Source: Eledone cirrhosa (lineage: Eukaryota). Taken from it: a DNA stretch of 64,000 bases. The notes beneath the pieces are model-generated. The model made no database searches, had not been told where the DNA came from, and saw nothing but the letters and a program-made list of their open reading frames with translations. The stretch spans positions 100,998,001 to 101,062,000 of the forward strand of contig OZ024742.1 of the NCBI GenBank assembly GCA_964016885.1. Reading direction: 5' to 3'. Below are positions 41,901 through 59,900 of this stretch, piece by piece (position 1 is the stretch's first letter; every line of letters starts with the position of its first letter). The translations under genes and the position numbers were made by a program.

Positions 41901-44900
41901 ATACACCACACCACAACTACTACTATGTCATATACACCACCACACCACAACTACTACTATGTCATATACACCACCACACCACAACTACTACTGTGTCATA
42001 TACACCACACTACAACTACTACTGTGTCATATGCACCACCACACCACAACTACTACTATGTCATATACACTACACCACAATTACTACTGTGTCATATACA
42101 CTACACCACAATTACTACTGTGTCATATACACCACCACAACTACTACTGTGTCATATACACCACACCACAACTACTACTAAGTCATATACACCACACCAC
42201 AACTACTACTGTGTCATATGCACCACCACAACTACTACTATGTCATATACACCACACTACAACTACTACTGTGACAAATACACCACCACACCACAACTAC
42301 TACTATGTCATATACACTACACCACAACTACTACTGTGTCATATACACCACCACAACTACTACTGTGTCATATACACCACACCACAACTACTACTGTGTC
42401 ATATACACCACCACACCACAACTACTACTGTGTCATATACACCACCACAACTACTACTGTTTCATATACACCACCACACCACAACTACTACTGTGTCATA
42501 TACACCACCACACCACAACTACTACTATGTTATATACACCACCACACCACAACCACTACTGTGTCATATACACCACCACACCACAACTACTACTGTGTCA
42601 TATACACCACCACACTACAAGTACTACTCTTTCATATACACACCACACCACAACTACTACTGTGTCATATACACCACCACACCACAACTACTACTGTGTC
42701 ATATACACCACCACAACAACTACTACTGTGTCATATACACCACCACACCACAACTACAACTGTGTCATATACACCACCACACCACACCACAACTACTACT
42801 GTGTCATATACACCACACAACAACTACTACTATGTCATATACACCACACCACAACTACTACTGTGTCATATACACCACCACACCACAACTACTACTGTGT
42901 CATATACACCACCACAACAACTACTACTGTGTCATATACACCACCACACCACAACTACAACTGTGTCATATACACCACCACACCACACCACAACTACTAC
43001 TGTGTCATATACACCACACAACAACTACTACTATGTCATATACACCACCACAACTACTACTGTGTCATATACACCACCACAACTACTACTATGTCATATA
43101 CACCACACCTCAACTACTACTGTGTCATATACACCACACAACAACTACTACTATGTCATATACACCACACCTCAACTACTACTGTGTCATATACACCACA
43201 CAACAACTACTACTGTGTCATATACACCACACAACAACTACTACTATGTCATATACACCACCACACCACAACTACTACTGTGTCATATACACCACTACAA
43301 CTACTACTGTGTCATATACACCACACCACAACTACTACTATGTCATATACACCACACCACAACTACTACTATGTCATATACACCACCACACCACAACTAC
43401 TACTATGTCATATACACCACCACACCACAACCACTACTGTGTCATATACACCACCACACCACACCACAACTACTACTCTGTCATATACACACCACACCAC
43501 AACTACTACTGTGTCATATACACCACCACACCACAACTACTACTTTGTCATATACATCACCACAACTACTACTATGTCATATACACCACACCACAACTAC
43601 TACTGTGTCATATACACCACCACACCACAACTACTACTGTGTCATATACACCACACCACAACTACTACTGTGTCATATACACCACCACACTACAACTACT
43701 ACTGTGTCATATACACCACACCACAACTACTACTGTGTCATATACACCACACCACAACTACTACTGTGTCATATACACCACACCACAACTACTACTGTGT
43801 CATATACACCACACCACAACCACTACTGTGTCATATACACCACCCCACAACTACTACTGTGTCATATACACCACCACACCACAACTACTACTGTGTCATA
43901 TACCCCACACCACAACTACTACTGTGTCATATACACCACACCACAACTACTACTGTGTCATATACACCACACCACAACTGCTACTGTGTCATACACATCA
44001 CACCACAACTACTACTGTGTCATATACACCACACCACAACTACTACTGTGTCATATACACCACCACACCACAACTACTACTGTGTCATATACACCACCAT
44101 ACTACAACTACTACTGTGTCATATACACCACCACACCACAACTACTACTGTGTCATATTCACCACCACAACTACTACTATGTCATACACACCACCACACC
44201 ACAACTACTACTGTGTCATACACACCACCACCCCACAACTGCTACTATGTCATACACACCACCACACCACAACTACTACTATGTCATATACACCACACCA
44301 CAACTACTACTGTGTCATACACACCACCACACCACAACTACTACTATGTCATATACACCACCACACTACAACTACTACTGTGACACATACACCACCACAC
44401 TTCAACTACTACTGTGTCATACACACCACCACACCACAACCACTACTGTGTCATATACACCACACCACAACTACTACTGTGTCATATACACCACACCACA
44501 ACTACTACTATGTCATATACACCACCACACTACAACTACTACTATGTCATATACACCACACCACAACTACTACTATGTCATATACACCACCACACTACAA
44601 CTACTACTGTGACACATACACCACCACACTTCAACTACTACTGTGTCATACACACCACCACACCACAACCACTACTGTGTCATATACACCACACCACAAC
44701 TACTGCTGTGTCATATACACCACACCACAACTACTACTATGTCATTTACACCACCACACCACAACTACTACTGTGTCATATACACCACACCACAACTACT
44801 GCTGTGTCATATACACCACACCACAACTACTACTATGTCATATACACCACCACACTACAACTACTACTATGTCATATACACCACACCACAACTACTACTA

Positions 44901-47900
44901 TGTCATATACACCACCACACTACAACTACTACTGTGACAAATACACCACCACACCACAACTACTACTATGTCATATACACTACACCACAATTACTACTGT
45001 GTCATATACACTACACCACAACTACTACTGTGTCATATACACCACACCACAACTACTACTGTGTCATATACACACCACACCACAACTACTACTGTGTCAT
45101 ATACACCACCACACCACAAGTTCTACTATGTCGTATACACCACCACACCACAACTACTACTATGTCATATACACCACCACACCACAACCACTACTGTGTC
45201 ATATACACCACCACACCACAACTACTACTGTGTCATATACACCACCACAACTACTACTATGTCATACACACCACACCACAACTACTACTGTGTCATATAC
45301 ACCACCACACCACAACTACTACTGTGTCATATACACCACCACACCACAACTACTACTGTGTCATATACACCACCACACCACAACTACTACTGTGTCATAC
45401 ACACCACCACACCACAACTACTACTGTGTCATATACACCACCACACCACAACTACTACTGTGTCATATACACCACCACACCACAACTACTACTGTGTCAT
45501 ATACACCACCACACCACAACTACTACTGTGTCATATACACCACACCACAACTACTGCTGTGTCATATACACCACACCACAACTACTACTATGTCATTTAC
45601 ACCACCACACCACAACTACTACTGTGTCATATACACCACACCACAACTACTGCTGTGTCATATACACCACACCACAACTACTACTATGTCATATACACCA
45701 CCACACTACAACTACTACTATGTCATATACACCACACCACAACTACTACTATGTCATATACACCACCACACTACAACTACTACTGTGACAAATACACCAC
45801 CACACCACAACTACTACTATGTCATATACACTACACCACAATTACTACTGTGTCATATACACTACACCACAACTACTACTGTGTCATATACACCACACCA
45901 CAACTACTACTGTGTCATATACACACCACACCACAACTACTACTGTGTCATATACACCACCACACCACAAGTTCTACTATGTCGTATACACCACCACACC
46001 ACAACTACTACTATGTCATATACACCACCACACCACAACCACTACTGTGTCATATACACCACCACACCACAACTACTACTGTGTCATATACACCACCACA
46101 ACTACTACTATGTCATACACACCACACCACAACTACTACTGTGTCATATACACCACCACACCACAACTACTACTGTGTCATATACACCACCACACCACAA
46201 CTACTACTGTGTCATATACACCACCACACCACAACTACTACTGTGTCATACACACCACCACACCACAACTACTACTGTGTCATATACACCACCACACCAC
46301 AACTACTACTGTGTCATATACACCACCACACCACAACTACTACTGTGTCATATACACCACCACACCACAACTACTACTGTGTCATATACACCACACCACA
46401 ACTACTACTGTGTCATATACACCACACCACAACTACTACTGTGTCATATACACCACCACACCACAACTACTGCTGTGTCATATACACCACACCACAACTA
46501 CTACTATGTCATATACACCACACCACAACTACTACTGTGTCATATACACCACACCACAACTACTACTATGTCATATACACCACACCACAACTACTACTGT
46601 GTCATATACACCACACCACAACTACTACTGTGTCATATACACCACACCACAACTACTACTGTGTCATATACACCACACCACAACTACTACTGTGTCATAT
46701 ACACCACCACACCACAACTACTACTGTGTCATATACACCACCACACCACAACTACTACTGTGTCATATACACCACACCACAACTACTACTGTGTCATATA
46801 CACCACACCACAACTACTACTGTGTCATATACACCACACCACAACTACTACTATGTCATATACACAACACCACAACTACTACTGTGTCATATACACCACA
46901 CCACAACTACTACTGTGTCATATACACCACACCACAACTACTACTGTGTCATATACACCACACCACAACTACTACTGTGTCATATACACCACACCACAAC
47001 TACTACTATGTCATATACACCACACCACAACTACTACTGTGTCATATAGACCACACCACAACTACTACTGTGTCATATACACCACACCACAACTACTACT
47101 GTGTCATATTCACCACACCACAACTACTACTATGTCATATACACCACACCACAACTACAACTGTGTCATATACACCACACCACAACTACTACTGTGTCAT
47201 ATACACCACACCACAACTACTACTATGTCATACACACCACCACACCACAACTACTACTGTGTCATATACACCATACTACAACTACTACTGTGTCATATAC
47301 ACCACACCACAACTACTACTATGTCATATACACCACCACACCACAACTACTACTGTGTCATATACACCACACTACAACTACTACTGTGTCATATGCACCA
47401 CCACAACTACTACTATGTCATATACACCACACTACAACTACTACTGTGACAAATACACCACCACACCACAACTACTACTATGTCATATACACTACACCAC
47501 AATTACTACTGTGTCATATACACTACACCACAACTACTACTGTGTCATATACACCACCCCACAACTACTACTATGTCATATACACCACCACACCACAACT
47601 ACTACTGTGTCATATACACCACCACACCACAACTACTACTGTGTCATATACACCACCACAACTACTACTGTCTCATATACACCACCACACCACAACTACT
47701 ACTATGTCATATACACCACCACAACTACTACTGTGTCATATACACCACAACACAACTACTACTGTGTCATATACACCACACCACAACTACTACTATGTCA
47801 TATACACCACACCACAACTACTACTATGTCATATACACCACCACACCACAACTACTACTATGTCATATACACCACCACACCACAACTACTACTGTGTCAT

Positions 47901-50900
47901 ATACACCACACTACAACTACTACTGTGTCATATGCACCACCACACCACAACTACTACTATGTCATATACACTACACCACAATTACTACTGTGTCATATAC
48001 ACTACACCACAATTACTACTGTGTCATATACACCACCACAACTACTACTGTGTCATATACACCACACCACAACTACTACTAAGTCATATACACCACACCA
48101 CAACTACTACTGTGTCATATGCACCACCACAACTACTACTATGTCATATACACCACACTACAACTACTACTGTGACAAATACACCACCACACCACAACTA
48201 CTACTATGTCATATACACTACACCACAACTACTACTGTGTCATATACACCACCACAACTACTACTGTGTCATATACACCACACCACAACTACTACTGTGT
48301 CATATACACCACCACACCACAACTACTACTGTGTCATATACACCACCACAACTACTACTGTTTCATATACACCACCACACCACAACTACTACTGTGTCAT
48401 ATACACCACCACACCACAACTACTACTATGTTATATACACCACCACACCACAACCACTACTGTGTCATATACACCACCACACCACAACTACTACTGTGTC
48501 ATATACACCACCACACTACAAGTACTACTCTTTCATATACACACCACACCACAACTACTACTGTGTCATATACACCACCACACCACAACTACTACTGTGT
48601 CATATACACCACCACAACAACTACTACTGTGTCATATACACCACCACACCACAACTACAACTGTGTCATATACACCACCACACCACACCACAACTACTAC
48701 TGTGTCATATACACCACACAACAACTACTACTATGTCATATACACCACACCACAACTACTACTGTGTCATATACACCACCACACCACAACTACTACTGTG
48801 TCATATACACCACCACAACAACTACTACTGTGTCATATACACCACCACACCACAACTACAACTGTGTCATATACACCACCACACCACACCACAACTACTA
48901 CTGTGTCATATACACCACACAACAACTACTACTATGTCATATACACCACCACAACTACTACTGTGTCATATACACCACCACAACTACTACTATGTCATAT
49001 ACACCACACCTCAACTACTACTGTGTCATATACACCACACAACAACTACTACTATGTCATATACACCACACCTCAACTACTACTGTGTCATATACACCAC
49101 ACAACAACTACTACTGTGTCATATACACCACACAACAACTACTACTATGTCATATACACCACACCACAACTACTACTGTGTCATATACACCACCACAACT
49201 ACTACTGTGTCATATACACCACCACAACTACTACTATGTCATATACACCACCACAACTACTACTGTGTCATATACACCACCACAACTACTACTGTGTCAT
49301 ATACACCACACAACAACTACTACTATGTCATATACACCACACCACAACTACTACTGTGTCATATACACCACCACAACTACTACTATGTCATATACACCAC
49401 ACCTCAACTACTACTGTGTCATATACACCACACAACAACTACTACTGTGTCATATACACCACCACACCACAACTACAACTGTGTCATATACACCACACAA
49501 CAACTACTACTGTGTCATATACACCACCACACCACAACTACAACTGTGTCATATACACCACACCACAACTACTACTGTGTCATATACACCACCACAACTA
49601 CTACTGTGTCATATACACCACACCACAACTACTACTGTGTCATATACACCACACCACAACTACTACTGTGTCATATACACCACCACACCACAACTACTAC
49701 TGTGTCATATACACCACACAACAACTACTACTGTGTCATATACACCACCACACCACAACTACTACTGTGACATAGACACCACACCACAACTAGTACTATG
49801 TCATATACACCACACCACAACTGCTACTATGTCATACACACCACCACACCACAACTACTACTGTGTCATATACACCACCATACCACAACTACTACTGTGT
49901 CATATACACCACCACACCACAACTACTACTGTGACATAGACACCACACCACAACTAGTACTATGTCATATACACCACACCACAACTGCTACTATGTCATA
50001 CACACCACCACACCACAACTACTACTGTGTCATATACACCACCACACCACAACCACTACTGTGTCATATACACCACCAGACCACACCACAACTACTACTA
50101 TGTCAGATACACCACACTACAACTACTACTGTGTCATATACACCACAACTACTACTGTGTCATATACACCACCACAACTACTACTATGTCATACACACAA
50201 CACCAGAACTGCTACTCTGTCATATACACCACACCACAACTACTACTATGTCATATACACTACACCACAACTACTACTGTGTCATATACACACCACCACA
50301 ACTACTACTTTGTCATTTACACCACCACAACTACTACTATGTCATAAACACCACCACACCACAACTACTACTATGTCATATACACCACACCACAACCACT
50401 ACTGGGTCATATACACCACACCACAACTACTACTGTGACATAGACACCACACCACAACTAGTACTATGTCATATACACCACCACAACTACTACTGTGTCA
50501 TATACACCACCACACCACAAGTTCTACTATGTCATATACACCACATCACACCACAACTACTACTGTGTCATATACACCACCACACCACAACCACTACTGT
50601 GTCATATACACCACAACTACTACTGTGTCATATACACCACCACACCACAACCACTACTGTGTCATATACACCACAACTACTACTGTGTCATATACACCAC
50701 ACCACAACTACTACTCTGTCATATACACCACAACTCTACAAATACTACTGTGTCATATACACACCACACCACAACTGCTACTATGTCATACACACCACCA
50801 CACCACAACTACTACTGTGTCATATACACCACCACAACTACTGCTGTGTTATATACACCACAACTACTACTTTGTCATATACACCACACCACAGCTACTA

Positions 50901-53900
50901 CTGTGTTATATACACCACCACAACTACTACTTTGTCATACACACCACCACACCACAACTACTACTGTGTCATAGACACCACACCACAACTACTACTGTGT
51001 CATATACAGCACACCTCAACTACTACTGTGTCATATACACCACACCACAACTACTACTGTGTCATATACACCACCACAACTACTACTATGTCATAAACAC
51101 CACCACACCACAACTACTACTATGTCATATACACCACCACACCACAACTACTACTATGTCATAAACACCACCACACCACAACTACTACTATGTCATATAC
51201 ACCACACCACAACCACTACTGGGTCATATACACCACACCACAACTACTACTGTGCCATATACACCACCACACCACAACTACTACTGTGCCATATACACCA
51301 CCACAACTACTACTATGTCATATACAGCACACCTCAACTGCTACTGTGTCATACACATCACACCACAACTACTACTATGTCATATACAGCACACCACAAC
51401 TACTACTGTGTCATATACACCACACCACAACTACTACTATGTCATATACAGCACACCACAACTACTACTATGTCATACACATCACACCACAACTACTACT
51501 ATGTCATATACACCACCACAACTACTACTGTGTCATACACAGCACACCACAACTACTACTGTGTCATATACACCACCACAACTACTACTATGTCATATAC
51601 AGCACACCACATCTACTACTGTGTCATATACACCACACCACAACTACTACTATGTCATATACACCACCACAACTACTACTGTGTCATACACAGCACACCA
51701 CAACTACTACTGTGTCATATACACCACCACAACTACTACTATGTCATATACAGCACACCACAACTACTACTGTGTCATATACACCACACCACAACTACTA
51801 CTATGTCATACACATCACACCACAACTACTACTATGTCATATACACTACCACAACTACTACTGTGTCATACACAGCACACCACAACTGCTACTGTGTCAT
51901 ATACATCACACCACAACTACTACTGTGTCATATACACCACACCACAACTACTACTGTGTCATATACACCACCACACCACAACTACTACTGTGTCATATAC
52001 ACCACCACAGCACAACTACTACTGTGTCATATACACCACACCACAACTACTACTGTGTCATACACACCACCACACCACAACTACTACTGTGTCATACACA
52101 CCACCACACTTCAACGACTACTGTGTCATATACACCACCACAACTACTACTGTGTCATATACACCACACCACAACTACTACTGTGTCATATACACCACAC
52201 CACAACTACTACTGTGTCATATACACCACACCACAACTACTACTGTGTCATATACACCACCACACCACAACTACTACTGTGTCATATACACCACCACAAC
52301 TACTACTGTGTCATATACACCACCACACCACAACTACTACTGTGTCATATACACCACCACACCACAACTACTACAGTGTCATATACACCACCACAACTAC
52401 TACTGTGTCATATACACCACACCACAACTACTACTGTGTCATATACACCACACCACAACTACTACTGTGTCATATACACCACACCACAACTACTACTGTG
52501 TAATATACACCACCACACCACAACTACTACAGTGTCATATACACCACCACAACTACTACTGTGTCATATACACCACCACAACTACTACTGTGTAATATAC
52601 ACCACCACACCACAACTACTACTGTGTCATATACACCACCACACCACAACTACTACTGTGTCATATACACCACCACAACTACTACTGTGTCATATACACC
52701 ACACCACAACTACTACTGTGTCATATACACCACACCACAACTACTACTGTGTCATATACACCACCACACCACAACTACTACTATGTCATATACACCACCA
52801 CACCACACCTACTACTGTGTCATATACACCACACCACAACTACTACCGTGTCATATACACCACCACACCACAACCACTACTGGGTTATATACACTACCAC
52901 AACTACTACTGTGTCATAAACACCACCACACCACAACTACTACTATGTCATAAACACCACCACACCACAACTACTACTATGTCATATACACCACACCACA
53001 ACCACTACTGGGTCATATACACCACACCACAACTACTACTGTGTCATATACACCACACCACAACTACTACTATGTCATATACACCACACTACAACTACTA
53101 CTGTGTCATATACACCACCACACCACAACTACTACTATGTCATATACACCACACCACAACCACTACTGGGTCATATACACCACACCACAACTACTACTGT
53201 GTCATATACACCACACCACAACTACTACTATGTCATATATACCACACTACAACTACTACTGTGTCATATACACCACCACACCACAACTACTACTATGTCA
53301 TATACACCACCACAACTATTACTATGTCATATACACCACCAACCACAACTACTACTATGTCATATACACCACCACACCACAACTACTGCTGTGTTATATA
53401 CACCACACCACAACTACTACTGTGTCATATACACCACCACAACTACTACTGTGTCATATACACCACACCACAACTACTACTGTGTCATATACACCACACC
53501 ACAACTACTACTGTGTCATATACACCACCACAACTACTACTGTGTCATATACACCACCACACCACAACTACTACTGTGTCATATACACCACACCACAACT
53601 ACTACTGTGTCATATACACCACCACAACTACTACTGTGTCATATACACCACCACACCACAACTACTACTGTGTCATATACACCACACCACAACTACTACT
53701 GTGTCATATACACCACACCACAACTACTACTGCGTCATATACACCACCACAACTACTACTGTGTCATATACACCACCACAACTACTACTGTGTCATATAC
53801 ACCACCACACCACAACTACTACTGTGTCATATACACCACACAACAACTACTACTATGTCATATACACCACCACACCACAACTACTACTGTGTCATATACA

Positions 53901-56900
53901 CCAACACAACTACTACTATGTCATATACACCACACCACAACTACTACTGTGTCATATACCCCACACCACAACTACTACTGTGTCATATACACCACAACTA
54001 CTACTGTGTCATATACACCACACAACTACTACACTGTCATATACACCACCACACCACAACTACTACAATGTCATATACACCACCACACCACAACTGCTAC
54101 TGTGTCATATACACCACACCACAACTACTACTATGTCATATACACCACCCCACAACTACTACTATGTCATATACACCACACCACAACTACTACTGTGACA
54201 CATACACCACCACACCACAACTACTACTATGTCATATACACCACCCCACAACTACTACTATGTCATATACACCACACCACAACTACTACTGTGACACATA
54301 CACCACCACACCACAACTACTACTATGTCATATACACTACACCACAACTACTACTGTGTCATATACACCACACCACAACTACTACTATGGCATATACAAC
54401 ACACCACAACTACTACTGTGTCATATACACCACAACACAACTACTACTATGGCATATACAACACACCACAACTACTACTGTGTCATATACACCACCACAA
54501 CTACTACTGTGTCATATACACCACCACACCACAACTACTACTATGTCATATACACCACCCCACAAATACTACTGTGTCATATACACCACCACACCACAAC
54601 TACTACTATGTCATATACACCACCCCACAACTACTACTGTGTCATATACACCACACCACAACTACTACTGTGTCATAGACACCACACCACAACTACTACT
54701 GTGTCATATACAGCACACCTCAACTACTACTGTGTCATATACACCACACCACAACTACAACTGTGTCATATACACCACCACAACTACTACTTTGTCATAT
54801 ACACCACCACACCACAACTACTACTATGTCATAAACACCACCACACCACAACTACTACTGTGTCATATACACCACACCACAACCACTACTGGGTCATATA
54901 CACCACACCACAACTACTACTGTGTCATATACACCACCACACCACAACTACTACTGTGACATAGACACCACACCACAACTAGTACTATGTCATATACACC
55001 ACACCACAACTGCTACTATGTCATACACACCACCACACCACAACTACTACTGTGTCATATACACCACCACACCACAACCACTACTGTGTCATATACACCA
55101 CCAGACCACACCACAACTACTACTATGTCAGATACACCACACTACAACTACTACTGTGTCATATACACCACAACTACTACTGTGTCATATACACCACCAC
55201 AACTACTACTATGTCATACACACAACACCAGAACTGCTACTCTGTCATATACACCACACCACAACTACTACTATGTCATATACACTACACCACAACTACT
55301 ACTGTGTCATATACACACCACCACAACTACTACTTTGTCATTTACACCACCACAACTACTACTATGTCATAAACACCACCACACCACAACTACTACTATG
55401 TCATATACACCACACCACAACCACTACTGGGTCATATACACCACACCACAACTACTACTGTGTCATATACACCACACTACAACTACTACTATGTCATATA
55501 CACCACACTACAACTACTACTGTGTCATATACACCACACCACAACTACTACTATGTCATATACACCACCACACCACAACTACTACTGTGTCATATACACC
55601 ACCACAACTACTACTATGTCATACACACAACACCAGAACTGCTACTCTGTCATATACACCACACCACAACTACTACTATGTCATATACACTACACCACAA
55701 CTACTACTGTGTCATATACACACCACCACAACTACTACTTTGTCATTTACACCACCACAACTACTACTATGTCATAAACACCACCACACCACAACTACTA
55801 CTATGTCATATACACCACACCACAACCACTACTGGGTCATATACACCACACCACAACTACTACTGTGACATAGACACCACACCACAACTAGTACCATGTC
55901 ATATACACCACCACAACTACTACTGTGTCATATACACCACCACACCACAAGTTCTACTATGTCATATACACCACATCACACCACAACTACTACTGTGTCA
56001 TATACACCACCACACCACAACCACTACTGTGTCATATACACCACAACTACTACTGTGTCATATACACCACCACACCACAACCACTACTGTGTCATATACA
56101 CCACAACTACTACTGTGTCATATACACCACCACACCACAACTACTACTCTGTCATATACACCACAACTCTACAAATACTACTGTGTCATATACACACCAC
56201 ACCACAACTGCTACTATGTCATACACACCACCACACCACAACTACTACTGTGTCATATACACCACCATACCACAACTACTACTCTGTCATATACACCACA
56301 ACTCTACAAATACTACTGTGTCATATACACACCACACCACAACTGCTACTATGTCATACACACCACCACACCACAACTACTACTATGTCATATACACCAC
56401 ACCACAACTGCTACTATGTCATACACACCACCACACCACAACTACTACTGTGTCATATACACCACCACACCACAACTGCTACTATGTCATACACACCACC
56501 ACACCACAACTACTACTATGTCATATACACCACACCACAACTGCTACTATGTCATACACACCACCACACCACAACTACTACTGTGTCATATACACCACCA
56601 CACCACAACTACTACTGTGTCATATACACCACACCACAACTACTACTATGTCATACACACCACCACACCACAACTACTACTGTGTCATATACACCACCAC
56701 AACTACTGCTGTGTTATATACACCACAACTACTACTTTGTCATATACACCACACCACAACTACTACTGTGTTATATACACCACCCCTCAACTACGACTGT
56801 GTCATATACACCACACCACAACTACTACTTTGTCATATACACCACACCACAACTACTACTGTGTTATATACACCACCCCTCAACTACGACTGTGTCATAT

Positions 56901-59900
56901 ACACCACACCACAACTACTACTTTGTCATATACACCACACCACAACTACTACTGTGTTATATACACCACCCCTCAACTACGACTGTGTCATATACACCAC
57001 ACCACAACTACTACTGTGTCATATACACCACCACAACTACTACTGTGTCATATACACCACCACACCACAACTACTACTGTGTCATATACACCACACCACA
57101 ACTACTACTTTGTCATATACACCACCACACCACAACTACTACTGTGTCATATACACCACCACAACTACTACTTTGTCATATACACCACCACACCACAACT
57201 ACTACTGTGTCATATACACCACACCACAACTACTACTGTGTCATATACACCACCACAACTACTACTTTGTCATATACACCACCACACCACAACTACTACT
57301 GTGTCATAGACACCACACCACAACTACTACTGTGTCATATACAGCACACCTCAACTACTACTGTGTCATATACACCACACCACAACTACTACTGTGTCAT
57401 ATACACCACCACAACTACTACTATGTCATAAACACCACCACACCACAACTACTACTATGTCATATACACCACCACACCACAACTACTACTATGTCATAAA
57501 CACCACCACACCACAACTACTACTATGTCATATACACCACACCACAACCACTACTGGGTCATATACACCACACCACAACTACTACTGTGACATAGACACC
57601 ACACCACAACTAGTACTATGTCATATACACCACACCACAACTGCTACTATGTCATACACACCACCACACCACAACTACTACTGTGTCATATACACCACCA
57701 TACCACAACTACTACTGTGTCATATACACCACCACAACCACTACTGTGTCATATACACCACCACACCACACCACAATTACTACTGTGTCATATACACCAC
57801 ACCACCACTACTACTATGTCATATACACTACACCACAACTACTACTGTGTCATATACACCACCACAACTACTACTTTGTCATTTACACCACCACAACTAC
57901 TACTATGTCATATACACCACACCACAACCACTACTGGGTCATATACACCACACCACAACTACTACTATGTCATATACACCACACTACAACTACTACTGTG
58001 TCATATACACCACACCACAACTACTACTATGTCATATACACCACCACACCACAACTACTACTGTGTCATATACACCACAACTACTACTATGTCATATACA
58101 CCACACCACAACCACTACTGGGTCATATACACCACCACACCACACCACAACTACTACTGTGTTATATACACCACCCCTCAACTACGACTGTGTCATATAC
58201 ACCACACCACAACTACTACTGTGTCATATACACCACCACAACTACTACTATGTCATATACACCACACTACAACTACTACTGTGTCATATACACCGCCACA
58301 CCACAGTTACTACTATGTCATACACACAACACCAGAACTGCTACTCTGTCATATACACCACACCACAACTACTACTGTGTCATATACACTACACCACAAC
58401 TACTACTGTGTCATATACACCACACCACAACTACTACTATGTCATATACACCACACCACAACTACTACTGGGTCATATACACCACCACACCACAACTACT
58501 GCTGTGTCATATACACCACACCACAACTACTACTATGTCATATACACCACACCACAACTACTACTATGTCATATACATCACCACACAACAACTACTACTG
58601 TGTTATATACACCACCACACCACAACTACTACTGTGTCATATACACCACACCACAACTACTACTATGTCATATACACCACACCACAACTACTACTGGGTC
58701 ATATACACCACCACACCACAACTACTGCTGTGTCATATACACCACACCACAACTACTACTATGTCATATACACCACACCACAACTACTACTGTGTCATAT
58801 ACACCACCACACCACAACTACTACCGTGTCATATACACCACCACACCACAAGTTCTACTATGTCATATACACCACCACACCACAACTACTACTATGTCAT
58901 ATACACCACATTACAACTACTACTGTGACAAATACACCACCACACCACAACTACTACTGTGTCATATACACCACACCACAACTACTACTATGTCATATAC
59001 ATCACCACACAACAACTACTACTGTGTTATATACACCACCACACCACAACTACTACTGTGTCATATACACCACACCACAACTACTACTATGTCATATACA
59101 CCACACCACAACTACTACTGGGTCATATACATCACCACACAACAACTACTACTGTGTTATATACACCACCACACCACAACTACTGCTGTGTCATATACAC
59201 CACACCACAACTACTACTATGTCATATACACCACACCACAACTACTACTGTGTCATATACACCACCACACCACAACTACTACCGTGTCATATACACCACC
59301 ACACCACAAGTTCTACTATGTCATATACACCACCACACCACAACTACTACTATGTCATATACACCACATTACAACTACTACTGTGACAAATACACCACCA
59401 CACCACAACTACTACTATGTCATATACAGTACACCACAATTACTACTGTGTCATATACACAACCACAACTACTACTGTGTCATATACACCACACCACAAC
59501 TACTACTGTGTCATATACACCACACCACAACTACTACTGTGTCATATACACCACACCACAACTACTACTGTGTCATATACACCACACCACAACCACTACT
59601 GGGTCATATACACACCACACCACAACTACTACTGTGTCATATACACAACCACAACTACTACTGTGTCATATACACCACCACACCACACCACAACTACTAC
59701 TATGTCATATACACCACCACAACTACTACTATGTCATATACACCACCACAACTACTACTGTGTCATATACACCACCACACCACAACTACTACTATGTCAT
59801 ATACACCACCCCACAAATACTACTATGTCATATACACCACACCACAACTACTACTGTGTCATACACACCACCACACCACAACTACTACTATGTCATATAC

